DNA from: Octopus bimaculoides
Lineage: Eukaryota
Assembly (NCBI RefSeq): GCF_001194135.2
Contig: NC_068986.1
Location: forward strand, 63,779,458 to 63,843,457
DNA length: 64,000 nt
Direction: 5' to 3'
Below, piece by piece: positions 12,626 to 24,856 of the stretch (its first letter is position 1; each line of letters begins with the position of its first letter). The notes under the pieces are model-generated. The model was given only the letters and a program-made list of their open reading frames with translations. It did not search any database and had not been told where the DNA came from. The translations under genes and the position numbers were made by a program.

Positions 12626-14344
12626 TGAGACTTTCCATCATGTTGAGAATGAAACATACATTTTCTACTCAGTTAGATGCTAGTCTTGATGTCTAAATTA
12701 TTACAAGTTTCTTTTTTTCTCAACCACAAAATAATATAAGTCTAAGGTTATTCAGGATTTGAATTGCAAGTACAGGCTCTATGATGTTTATTCATTATTT
12801 TACTAAGTGTGGAAATATTCAAAATAGTAGTGGGCTTTTTTTTTTACGTTTGTTGTTTACGTCAATTTTTAAATATTAATATTGTGTAGAAATACAGACA
12901 TCCTCCATATTACAAAAACATTATATTCCTAACATTTTGCCATAATGTGAAACCTATTTTCCCATTTACTTCTGGGAGTCAATAGGAAATTAGGTGCCTG
13001 TAATTGATAAGTGTCTAGAGCAGTGATTGTCAATTACAGTTCCCAGAGTCACATACACCTCCAATGTCCTTCTCTCTATAAATATTATAAATTTTTCTTT
13101 GACTCGTTTTACTTTTTTTTTTTTTTGGTGTGGGGACCCACTAAAAGAAAATTTTTTTAATCCAGCTTTTGTATCTGGCTTACATATTCAAGAAACTGAG
13201 AACTACTGGTATAGAGCCTATTCAGAATTATTGCTTACACTAAACATGCAAGATGGGTATTTTCCCCCCAGTGTCATCTATTATAACTGATAATTTAGGT
13301 CAGCATTTTTCTTGTCATTTCTAACCTTTTTGTTATTTAATCGATTTATTTAATAAAAAAATATACTTTACTAGCGTTCTTTTTAAGGTTTTTCTTTATT
13401 TCAATAGATAACATAAAGATATTTATAAAAGTTAATTATATATACTGGCAGAAAGACCGCCCTCTGGGCAGTTTCTTGCGAGCTCCTTTATAATATTTTC
13501 ACATTTGATTCTCAATTCTAATAATTTTTATATTTAACATCTAATTATTTCTTTGTATAATAGTGCTCACTTGCTTAGTAAATTTTGCTTTCATTATTTT
13601 ATCACAGTCATAATCTTTTTTAAACAAACATCACGGTAGTCCAACAACAGAGGGAGAAGCAGTTTGTCAAGTTCTACCTTCCCCTCAAAGCAACAGAGAT
13701 TTCAGTTCAGCAGCCCATCTTTAAGCTTTGCAGTGTGCATGAGTGAAAGAGAGAACATTGCAAATAAGGAATGAAATAAACATAAAATGAAAGAAATGTA
13801 TAATTAAAAGGGCATTACTACAGATGTATACACCCCCAACAAATACTGCTTAGATGTTGTGGCTTCAGACTATATAGGGATTCATGGGAAAGAATTTTTC
13901 CAAGGGGGTAGAGATATGAGTTTCAGAAAATTCACATGATATGACTTTTCTCTCTCATAGTTTTCAGGAAAATGGATATCTTTTAATGAAAATTTATACA
14001 GGTCCCTTTCAAACATCATAGATTACAGTTATATAGAAATTTGTCCCCAATTTCTTTTAAGACACAGCCTTCGAAATGATGGGGTTGAGGGGCATCTTTG
14101 TATGAAAAATGTTTTCAAAACTTTTTTTTTTACATCCCTACCCATGCCCCCTCATCATCCCACTCCATAACTATTTTAGCCTTTTTTTTTTTTTGTACTT
14201 CAAAACTATGTGAAGAACATTTTTGGTATAAAATCTTTTTAAATTGTTAATATTTTCTGAGGGAAAAGTGAATGATTTAAAGGCGATTTGGTTTTTGCTT
14301 CTAGCACATCTGAAGACAACCCTCTTCATTTCTTTATCATTTAA

Positions 14345-14640
14345 CTATATATATATAAAACACAGAATCTGCATCTGTTTGTATGTGTGCATCACTAAAA
14401 CCCAAGACCTAGCCAACAGATTTCATTCAAATTTTACACATATGCTACTTAGGGTCCATGGAATGTCATGGGCCAAAAAACTTTTTAACTTCTAGCCTAA
14501 TGTGAGCTTGGAGCAGTCTCTTAGACTGTTTCGATATTACGTGTCAAATGTGAAACAATAACATCTCTATTGTAATGTGTGATAATAGTTTGTTTTAATA
14601 GTTTCATTTTTAATACTTTCACTACATATATGATATATAC
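14345..14640 (-). mobile_element. 3' part of a non-autonomous Helitron-like element
   Basis: The reverse complement aligns by eye with 60740-61034 (TGACACGTAATA...AGAAGTTAAAAA...CCCTAAGTA...AAAATTTGAATGAAAT). Confidence 0.5.
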
Positions 14641-14708
14641 ATAATGAAACTATTAATATTGAAACTGTTAAAAGTGAAACTATTATCTCACATTACATAT
14701 ATACACAT

Positions 14709-14771
<63 letters not shown>

Positions 14772-14800
14772 AGTAAAAATAAATACAAAAAAAGGGGGGG

Positions 14801-15597
14801 NNNNNNNNNNNNNNNNNNNNNNNNNNNNNNNNNNNNNNNNNNNNNNNNNNNNNNNNNNNNNNNNNNNNNNNNNNNNNNNNNNNNNNNNNNNNNNNNNNNN
14901 NNNNNNNNNNNNNNNNNNNNNNNNNNNNNNNNNNNNNNNNNNNNNNNNNNNNNNNNNNNNNNNNNNNNNNNNNNNNNNNNNNNNNNNNNNNNNNNNNNNN
15001 NNNNNNNNNNNNNNNNNNNNNNNNNNNNNNNNNNNNNNNNNNNNNNNNNNNNNNNNNNNNNNNNNNNNNNNNNNNNNNNNNNNNNNNNNNNNNNNNNNNN
15101 NNNNNNNNNNNNNNNNNNNNNNNNNNNNNNNNNNNNNNNNNNNNNNNNNNNNNNNNNNNNNNNNNNNNNNNNNNNNNNNNNNNNNNNNNNNNNNNNNNNN
15201 NNNNNNNNNNNNNNNNNNNNNNNNNNNNNNNNNNNNNNNNNNNNNNNNNNNNNNNNNNNNNNNNNNNNNNNNNNNNNNNNNNNNNNNNNNNNNNNNNNNN
15301 NNNNNNNNNNNNNNNNNNNNNNNNNNNNNNNNNNNNNNNNNNNNNNNNNNNNNNNNNNNNNNNNNNNNNNNNNNNNNNNNNNNNNNNNNNNNNNNNNNNN
15401 NNNNNNNNNNNNNNNNNNNNNNNNNNNNNNNNNNNNNNNNNNNNNNNNNNNNNNNNNNNNNNNNNNNNNNNNNNNNNNNNNNNNNNNNNNNNNNNNNNNN
15501 NNNNNNNNNNNNNNNNNNNNNNNNNNNNNNNNNNNNNNNNNNNNNNNNNNNNNNNNNNNNNNNNNNNNNNNNNNNNNNNNNNNNNNNNNNNNNNNNT
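14801..15597. other. Assembly gap (other large gaps at 22274-22831 and 60263-60691, plus several smaller ones)
   Basis: Runs of N, mostly flanked by microsatellites or repeats. Confidence 0.99.
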
Positions 15598-16021
15598 ATA
15601 TATATTTCGAAAGGTCTAGTTAGAATAGAGGCAGCTGACGAAGGAATAATTCCAAGTGGCTATCTGTTTTCCTATGTGTTCGTTTCGTTGTCTGTAGTTC
15701 ATTTTTCTAACGTCCTGTACCCTGATATGCATCTATATACACATGTAGATGTAAGTATGTACATATATTTGTGTATACATGCTTACATATTCTTTGTATT
15801 ATTATATATACATATATATATATATTATGATGTATTATTATTAATATCAGGAAATCAATATTAGAAAATTCATCAGAAAGATATATGCATGTGTAAAATA
15901 ATTGTTGTATTAAAAATATATATAAGTATAAATATATAATAATAATAATAAATATGACAGTTTAAAAGTTTTGAATTAAGTTTCAAAGCATCTTACGATC
16001 ATTTCGCAGAAGTGCTGTCCT

Positions 16022-16652
16022 AATAATGGAATCCTTTATTGATAAGTATTTATAGACAACCCTTCTGCTCTTCAGAGATTTAAGCTTTGAATTTTGTATA
16101 ATTTATCGAATGGTAGTTTTTTTAAAAATACGAAGTAATATGATAAAAAGGTGTTTTGTTTGAAATATAAATTAAAGATTAAAATTACTGCTCTTGATTT
16201 TGGTATGTACTCTTTAGTATGAGACTTTAATCCATATATTCTTCCTTGGCTGGTCTTCTGTAATAATCCATAATAGTTATGCGTAAAATCCATTATATTA
16301 TCCTGTATTCAAAATATAGTTCATAGACTTAGATAATATAGAATAATGGAATCCTATATTGATAAGCATTTATAGATAACTCTTCTGCTCCTCAGAAATA
16401 TCAAATGTGAAATTTGTATAATTTAACGAATGATACTTTTTAAAAAATTTATGAAGTAATGAGAAAATGTTTGTTTGAAATATAAATTAAAATTTACTGC
16501 TTTTGATTTTGGTAAGTAGACTTTAGTATGAGAATCTTGACATCCACATATGCCTCTTTGGTAATTCTTCTGTAGTAATCCATAATAATTATGTATAAAA
16601 TCCATTACATTGTCCTGTATTCCAAATATAGTTCATAGACTTAAATAATATA
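16022..16652. repeat. Diverged tandem duplication, unit about 320 bp
   Basis: AATAATGGAATCCT starts at 16022 and 16342, and both units end in TCATAGACTTA(G/A)ATAATATA. The paralogous short ORFs 16072-16293 and 16423-16605 reflect the duplication. Confidence 0.85.
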
Positions 16653-16669
16653 ATGTGAAATTATATGTG

Positions 16670-18161
16670 AGGTTTTTTATTGCCCACAAGGGGCCAACAT
16701 AGAGGGGTCAATACAACCTGATTTGGGGGTCAGATACACGAATCGGAATACACAAAAGATGACTTTTAAAAATTCAACACAATATAAATGAACGAATGAT
16801 GGGACTGACCGGAAGACATTACGGATGGAGTGGGAGGAAGTCCGTTAGGTCGGAGAGGAAGTCCATTAGGTCCCTCCTGCTATCCGGCCCGCTGCCTCCG
16901 CCGAAAAGCTGATGTCATTAAGCAAGCGACTTTGCTTCCAGCCTGACATCAGGCTACACATATTTAAACAACCTACATGAATATTTGACATTGCTTACCT
17001 CTGCATCAGTGGTTCGAGGTTCCTTTGTTCTCATTTTCTTTCTCCTTTTCCCGGGCTTGTGGCGTATTTGTATGTAGGCCCTCTTAAATATATGGAGAAA
17101 AATCCATTCTGACGGGGCCTACGTCGTGAAAGAATTCGGACTTAATCCATCCGTAATCCTTCCAGCTTATCCTGTAGATGAGAAAGTCTATTATTTGATT
17201 CCTTGATGGCCGTGTATGTATTTTCTTTTTCTTTCTCGTTCTTCTTTTTTAATTTCAGTTTAGTAGGGGCAGTCTGTGGTTTTTTTCTTCTTTTTTTTTG
17301 GAAACAGTCGACCACCCCTCCTCTCTATCTTTTCCTTCACTCTCTTCTGTCGATATTGGTGTTCACTCTACTTTCAGTGTTGGTGCTGGCGTTTCATTTG
17401 TTGTTTCTTCTAATTCTTCTTCTTGTTGTTCTTTTTCTTTTGGTTTACATTCCGACCTGATGTGGCCCTTCAACCCGCAGTTAAAACACCTTGGTTTTCT
17501 TCCTTCAACAAATACTATCAATCTTTCTTCTCCGCCTACATTTATGATTTCCACAATCTCTTTGAGGGTTGCGACTTTTGCTTGAATTAGGATTGTCAAG
17601 CATTGTCCCTCCCAATTCTCCTCCTTTTCCACAGAGGCCTGGAATATAGTTATTTTGTCCTCCAAGCCCATCATGATAGCTGCCACTAAACAGGTGGCAT
17701 CAACTTCTGGAGAGGTGTTGTTGACGTTCTTCTTCCCATATATAAGGGAAGAACCACCTCCTCCATTCTGAGGGTCTCCGAGGAGTACTTCTTGGCTGCT
17801 TCCTCTGACCTAAACCTCACTTCGACTGTTCCAAATCTTTTGCCATGGTTAATGTATGTAATATCAGGTCAAATAGGTTTGAGGCATTTTCCCACAATTT
17901 TCTCCTCTGTTTTATATATCCTTTTTTTCCCAATGTTGTAGGTTTTATACAAGATTCTCCTCCTGTTAACTATGTCAGTTGTTTCTTTCGGAGTGACCAC
18001 TTGAATTTCAGACCCCTCTTTTTTTAGTATTGACATGTATCTTTGCAGATTGCTTCTCTCTGTGTTTAACTGGGTTTCTTTTCTTCCCACTACCTCTGTG
18101 AACTTTTTTGGCGACACTGCCGGTGATTTTTTTCTCTTCAAAAAAGTTTAATTCTCTCAGC
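16670..18161 (-). mobile_element. Internally deleted L1/Tx1-like LINE: ORF1 with CCHC knuckle, start of ORF2, 3' end
   Basis: CFNCGLKGHIRSEC (CX2CX4HX4C) lies in ORF 17363-17686, with the RRM-like GTVEVRFRSEEAA upstream. ATG 16991 begins MSNIHVGCLNMCSL, an APE-like start. AATAAA plus an A-run occurs near 16680. The 5' end runs into a gap. Confidence 0.7.
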
Positions 18162-18699
18162 NNNNNNNNNNNNNNNNNNNNNNNNNNNNNNNNNNNNNNN
18201 NNNNNNNNNNNNNNNNNNNNNNNNNNNNNNNNNNNNNNNNNNNNNNNNNNNNNNNNNNNNNNNNNNNNNNNNNNNNNNNNNNNNNNNNNNNNNNNNNNNN
18301 NNNNNNNNNNNNNNAAAAGCCACAAGATATAATAACAATAATTCCCCCGCAGGAGGAAACTTCAACAAGCAGCTTCCAAAAAAGCAATCAACAGTTCTTT
18401 TCAACAAACCAGTAACAACTCACCACAGTACTTCAACCAAACAAAACACAGAGAAAAAGTAAAATGTACCAACAACAGGAGACTTGCACTAAGAAATTAT
18501 ATGTGAAGTTATAAAATTATAAATTGGTCAAAATATAACGATATGTAAATTAAATAAAACCCTATAGTCTTGGAAAAAGATATATCTAGTGAATGTGAAA
18601 TGTAAGAAGAAAAATAATGTTTAAATTGTATATAATGATAGATATCACTTATATGAACTAAAGGTGTGTTTCTGTCAATGTTTACATCGGTATGCACGC

Positions 18700-19275
18700 T
18701 ATATAACCATGTTTACAAGGGGATTTTTAGAAAAAAGAATAAAAAATAGTTCAGAATTACAGAGATGACAGAATTCTTTGCCTTTATCTTAAGGTATCGA
18801 AATTGAGAGAATCAACCAATCTAAATTAAATTATTTATTGTGGTCTTTAAGATACCAAATTAATTTACTAAGCCCTGTACTGTTATGTTTATTCCTATCC
18901 CTAAATGTAGAGTAATGATTAGAAATTCTTTTAGAAGATGAGCTGCCTATATAAAAAAATACTTTATTACCAACAGTAATTTTGCACTGGTATATAGAAT
19001 TTTTAACTTTAGAGTTACATGACATAAACTTGATTCTGTTGTAATTGACTCCAGATACAATAACCTTGTTATTAATATTTCTAGGGGGATGGATAGTATA
19101 AGCTAAATTAATGTTAGTATTAGTAAAAGTATCACTATTTAACAGGATAATATTATGTGAAGAGATAATTTGTAAGAGATCTTTTGTGTTGGTAAGACCA
19201 ATCCTAACTGTGTGTGAGTTGATAATAGAGTAATACCTAGAATTCTTTGGAAAATTCCTAATAATAGCTTCACAA
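18700..19275 (-). mobile_element. Penelope-like element fragment (RT-EN linker and GIY-YIG endonuclease), degenerate
   Basis: SIYQC...FFYIG...KRISNHYSTF...STGLSKLIWYLK in ORF 18831-19025. Upstream linker [19 protein letters not shown]...IISSHN. Confidence 0.8.
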
Positions 19276-20094
19276 AATATATGTATGTATATATATATAT
19301 GTGTGTGTGTGTATATATAGATATATATTTACATATATGTAGGTATATATCTATATATGTATGTGTGTGTAGAAATATATATATATATATATACACACAC
19401 ATATATATATGTGTATATATATATATATATGTGTGCATTATTATTGTATATAATGGTAATAATACTACTTTACTTTATTTGAAATTTTATTGTTTACGAC
19501 AATTTATTTTAAACGGAGTGGGACGTTCAAAGTTAGAAATGAACATGAATCGACGTAATGAATATTTTAGAAATGGAAGTTAAATGCTGTTTTCAACTGA
19601 AGATCACAAACCATGTTTATCATGCAAAGCTTCAAATCAATTAGTATTGAAATATGTATAACTTATCTTTGCATTCCATGCAGAGGTAAGCCTTTTTATG
19701 AAATACTCATTGCATTGCCCGTGTTTATCTTTGTTGTAGTTTTGTGGTGATTTTTTTCCAGCTGTGGCTTTGATTTTTAGCAAGGGCTATTTATACTCTA
19801 CTTTGTTAAAATTACTTTTTANNNNNNNNNNNNNNNNNNNNNNNNNNNNNNNNNNNNNNNNNNNNNNNNNNNNNNNNNNNNNNNNNNNNNNNNNNNNNNN
19901 NNNNNNNNNNNNNNNNNNNNNATGTGTGCATACATATATGTATCTATATGCACAGCCTACATTTAAAATATTTTGTACATAACACCTGTATTTAAGTAGT
20001 TCCATTAAGGGCCCTCTGTATCTAAGTATTACCAGTTTCACTTCAACATTATAATTTTGTATCAAAATCTTTTCGTTGCTTTGAGATCGTTGAC

Positions 20095-20650
20095 ACAGGA
20101 GTGGCTGTGTGGTAAGTAGCTTGCTTACCAACCACATGGTCCCAGGTTCAGTCCCACTGCGTGGCACCTTGGGCAAGTGTCTTCTACTATAGCCTCGGGC
20201 CAACTAAAGCCTTGTGAGTGGATTTGGTAGACGGAAACTGAAAGAAGCCCGTCGTATATATGTGTGTGTATGTATATATANNNNNNNNNNNNNNNNNNNN
20301 NNNNNNNNNNNNNNNNNNNNNNNNNNNNNNNNNNNNNNNNNNNNNNNNNNNNNNNNNNNNNNNNNNNNNNNNNNNNNNNNNNNNNNNNNNNNNNNNNNNN
20401 NNNNNNNNNNNNNNNNNNNNNNNNNNNNNNNNNNNNNNNNNNNNNNNNNNNNNNNNNNNNNNNNNNNNNNNNNNNNNNNNNNNNNGTGGTGTGTTTACGT
20501 CCCCGTAACTTAGCGGGTCGGCAAAAGAGACCGATAGAATAAGTACTAGGCTTCCAAAGAATAAGTCCTGGGGTCGATTTGCCCGACTAAAGGCGGTGCT
20601 CCAGCATGGCCGCAGTCAAATGACTGAAACAAGTAAAAGAGTAAAGAGTA
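20095..20650 (+). mobile_element. tRNA-derived SINE (family A), young copy with a gap over the microsatellite
   Basis: Head and tail are nearly identical to 8127-8545. N-run at 20281-20485. Confidence 0.9.
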
Positions 20651-20719
20651 AACCTTCACAAAACTGATGCAGGAAAAAGTTTTGTCAGTGAGCACACAGG
20701 CACACACATTCATTGCCTT

Positions 20720-21030
20720 TCATCATCATCATCATCATTTAACTTCCTCTTTCCATGCTAGCATGGGTTGGACGATATGACTGGGGGCTGGCGAACCAGA
20801 TGGCTGCACCAGACTCCAATCTGATCTGGCAGAGTTTCTACAGCTGGATGCCCTTCCTAACGCCAACCTCTCCAAGAGTGTAGTGGGTGCTTTTTACGTG
20901 CCACCGACACAAGGGCTAGTCTGGCGGTACTGGCAACAGCCACGCTCAAATTGTGTCTTTTACGTGCCACCTGCACAGGAGTCAGTCCGATGTTTTGTTC
21001 ATATGACACTGGCACAAGTGCCAGTAAGGC
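20720..21030 (-). mobile_element. RTE-related 3' UTR/tail fragment
   Basis: (TCA)n tail plus TTCCATGCTAGCATGGGTTGGACG...CTGGATGCCCTTCCTAACGCC, the reverse complement of 63170-63299. Confidence 0.8.
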
Positions 21031-21819
21031 GAAGCTGCCTTTCATTTGTGTATATGTGTGTGCATGGATTATGTGTATATTTGCTTAGTGGTATAGAATG
21101 TTTGTAAACTGTGAATAAGGTCAAGTTTCGAGTACTTGTCGGTAACTTCTGTCTTGTCTTCGTCTTCTAATAGTTATTACCCAACTTTCTAGGCTCTTCT
21201 CACATCTATCCTGCATTTAAAAATTATACAGGTATTTTAGAAAATTTTTATTCAATAAATAATGTTTCTACATTACATGTACATTAATAGAATAAACTAT
21301 CGGTTTTCCAATTAGCAAATGAAAACTTAAAAGAGAAAGTGAGAGACTTTGCAAATGAAAATGGAATATTCCACAGTGACTGCAATGAATATTTAAGTCT
21401 CTGAAGAATTATACAAAGTGAATGCGATGAATATTTAAATTTGTGAGAAATTGAAGTTTAAAAAATTCGGTAAACTTGAGAAATCGAAATTATAGGAAAT
21501 TTCTTAGAACATGAATGTATAAAAATATTTCCAGAGGGTTCAACCCTCTAATAGTTGCTTTCTTTTAGTACTTGTTACATACCTAATTAATAAGCAGCTT
21601 TCTCCATTGTAGTATAGATATAAGTTGCCATTAATATCCGACGAGAATGTATCATAGCTCTTCGCTCCAGCATTCAAAATTCTGAGTACTATAATGACAA
21701 CCTTTTACTGTTTGTTCTAATTTATAACATATATAAATAATCCTCTATTTCTCTAATATCGAGGTCTCATGCTTTTGTTGTTACCTTTTATTATTATTAT
21801 CTCTCTATATATACATATA

Positions 21820-23419
21820 ACTAGCAGTATAGCCTGGCGTTGCCCAGGATTAAGCTAGGATTATTAAGTGATCAAATACTTTATTTCAAATCAAAATAAG
21901 TAACATCGACATCAGATTTGAGCGAAATCTGTTGAAATTGGTTTGGCTGAAAATGGTTTGCTGGCAATTTGATTAATTTTACCATGAAAAACTACAGCTG
22001 AATTTTTCGATAACACTCGCACGATTATCACTAAGAAAAAGATAAAACGAATTTTTTGTGTGGAATCTACTACCCTGGTCTACTAATATACTACAAAACC
22101 ATTTTTGTGGTCTGAAAAATGGGTTGGGATGTGGTAGAAGCTTCGGAATTTCATTCCCCCCACACATCTATTTTTCAATGTATGAGAAAAATACGGAGAT
22201 TAAGAATATGGATAAAAAGTTTTTTTAGATCTCAAATTTACCATGAAAAACTCCAGCTAAATTTTTAGATAACNNNNNNNNNNNNNNNNNNNNNNNNNNN
22301 NNNNNNNNNNNNNNNNNNNNNNNNNNNNNNNNNNNNNNNNNNNNNNNNNNNNNNNNNNNNNNNNNNNNNNNNNNNNNNNNNNNNNNNNNNNNNNNNNNNN
22401 NNNNNNNNNNNNNNNNNNNNNNNNNNNNNNNNNNNNNNNNNNNNNNNNNNNNNNNNNNNNNNNNNNNNNNNNNNNNNNNNNNNNNNNNNNNNNNNNNNNN
22501 NNNNNNNNNNNNNNNNNNNNNNNNNNNNNNNNNNNNNNNNNNNNNNNNNNNNNNNNNNNNNNNNNNNNNNNNNNNNNNNNNNNNNNNNNNNNNNNNNNNN
22601 NNNNNNNNNNNNNNNNNNNNNNNNNNNNNNNNNNNNNNNNNNNNNNNNNNNNNNNNNNNNNNNNNNNNNNNNNNNNNNNNNNNNNNNNNNNNNNNNNNNN
22701 NNNNNNNNNNNNNNNNNNNNNNNNNNNNNNNNNNNNNNNNNNNNNNNNNNNNNNNNNNNNNNNNNNNNNNNNNNNNNNNNNNNNNNNNNNNNNNNNNNNN
22801 NNNNNNNNNNNNNNNNNNNNNNNNNNNNNNNAGAGGGGGGAGAAAGATGAGCAATTTGAAATAAATATATTTTAATTGTTGTGTGAAAAAGTACATATAA
22901 TCTCATTATAAAATATAGTGTCTTTCAAAAACATCTTATATTTGAAACTATATCTCATGTTTAAGAAAAAAAAGAAGCATTTTACTTTTTCACTTTTGAT
23001 GAACGCTGACACTGACTTCCATACTCATTCCTACCTTTTCTTTCGTTAGACGCTTTCTGTCTCCCTCTCCCACTTTTCTTTACTTTTTTTTTGTTAGACG
23101 CTGGCAAACAATCTCTATCTCTCCCTCACCCCCCCTCTCACACACATACGTCAACACACAATTTCTCTCTCTCCCTCATGCATACGCACACTTTAACTTC
23201 ACCATGTTAGCAAACTTCAAAATTGGTAAAAGTTATGGTTGAAAATCGATTTTTACAGCCTCTGAAAGAAAAAGTTGACAAAAATGCAGATAGGGTCATG
23301 ACGAATGTCCTCTTAAAATTGGAGCGACATGCGTGCTAATTTGTGGACGTGCATAAATTACATTCACGTACACACACACACACACACACATACACATCCT
23401 GCTTTTTATATATACAGAT
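21820..23419 (+). mobile_element. Non-autonomous Helitron-like element with internal repeats and a gap
   Basis: 5' ACTAGCAGTATAGCCTGGCGTTGCCCAGG and 3' (CA)n-CATCCTGCTTTTTATATATACAGAT. The internal repeat TTTACCATGAAAAACT(A/C)CAGCT occurs at 21978 and 22237. Terminal motifs are shared with 39051 and 59834. The family assignment is by resemblance only. Confidence 0.5.
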
Positions 23420-23479
23420 TATTACCATCAGCATCATCATCTATTATTATATTTTCATATACACTCAACAGATTAGACT

Positions 23480-23870
23480 GTTGGAAAAGAAAAAGGTACA
23501 TACTTGAAGGCTCTGAATTTACCTTCAAACGAGGAACAAAGTTTAAAATCAAAACCAATTTCTCTTGTTCCTCTGGAAACCTCATTTATGTCCTCACATG
23601 TGCAGGTTGCCAACACTACTATATCTGACAGATGAGCCTCCCATTGCGTAGAAGAGTAGCAATCCATAAAGAACAAATAAATCTCCTTCAACACCGCCAA
23701 ATTCCACTCAGTGGCCACATAGATTCTTGCGCCAGAAACAAAAACCCTAAATTCCTTATATTCCCTTTCTATCAATGTAAAGACAGAATCTCCACACAAG
23801 AAAGAATCAACAAAGAGAATCTTTTCATAGAGAAATTCCAACCACTTCTTAACACACAAACCCCTCAGTG
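23480..23870 (+). mobile_element. Penelope-like GIY-YIG endonuclease fragment with one in-frame stop
   Basis: ORFs 23329-23628 and 23632-23871 share a frame: FSCSSGNLIYVLTCAGCQHYYI*QMSLPLRRRVAIH...SGHIDSC...FLIFPFYQ...RINKENLFIEKFQPLLN. TGA replaces the Gly of YIG. Confidence 0.88.
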
Positions 23871-24496
23871 ACCATATTTCTCTAAGAACAGACATAAACT
23901 TCCTGTTGACAAAGAGTCCATAACTCCAACTAAAGAGTATAAAACCCACAGATTTGTCTTCCCTTACACACACTTCGTTTTGACACCACACTTCCTGCTT
24001 AACACATAAACCTTTAGTCCCTTTTCTTTTTTTAAACCTAACAGAACTCTCAATTTCATGCATCCTTATTTTTCCAACTATTATCTACATGAATTACCAT
24101 TGAACTTTAAAAGTTCAAAGACAATATAATGTATTGGTATATTTATTTTTTTAATATATTTTTTAAAACTTTTTTGTAAAAAGCATTTTCATTCTCCCTC
24201 TTCTTGAAAATTTGCCATGCAATGAAAGCCGGTTAGAAATCTATATTAAAATATGCTTTCAGTTTAGCATTCTGCCTTATTATTATTTTTCATTTTCCTA
24301 TTATTTCTCCACATACAGTTAACACAACCCCACTATTTACTGACTTTATATATATATATATATATATATGTACGATGTATTTTAAGGTTAAATAGTAATT
24401 CTGTTTACGTTTGTGTAACTGAGATATTTTGGTTGGATTATATAGTCATTGGTGTTACATTACTTTCTATATTCTGTAACTGTTGCAATATACTTT

Positions 24497-24856
24497 TCTA
24501 GGCCTGAAATTTTTGTGAGGAGGGGGCCAATTGAATAGATCGATCCCATTACACAACTGGTGCTTAATTTATCAATCCCGAAAGGATGAAAGGCAAAGTT
24601 GACCTCGGAAGAATTTAAACTCAGAACATAAAGACAGACAGTCATAATATACAAACATTTCTCATGGCACTAGGTCCAGCTAGTTATTATTATTACCATT
24701 ATTAAAATGGCAAGCTGGCAGAATCCTTAGCATGCCAGGCAAAAATGCTTAGCAGCATTTCGTTTGTATTTATGTTCTGAGTTCAAATTCCATTGAGGTC
24801 AGCTTTGCCTTTCATCCTTTCAAGGTTGATAAAATAAGTACCAGTTGAGTACTGAG
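24497..24856. mobile_element. Head-to-head pair of family B tRNA-derived SINEs (minus 24497-24650, plus 24706-24856)
   Basis: 24554-24632 is the reverse complement of 24769-24847 with 11 differences. Confidence 0.8.

Noticed and set aside
14644-15864. 406-aa ORF and other long X-rich ORFs (22.2-22.9, 28.8-29.3, 60.0-60.8 kb)
   Set aside because: They are open only because N runs contain no stops.
19665-19692. CAG-AG-GTAAGC as a 2-nt micro-exon
   Set aside because: It would shift the frame, the polypyrimidine tract is weak, and it is likely chance.
21100-21800. Possible Penelope RT and hammerhead relic (AGACGAAG...CTCGAAAC on the minus strand)
   Set aside because: The core lacks CUGA and no coherent RT motifs could be read.
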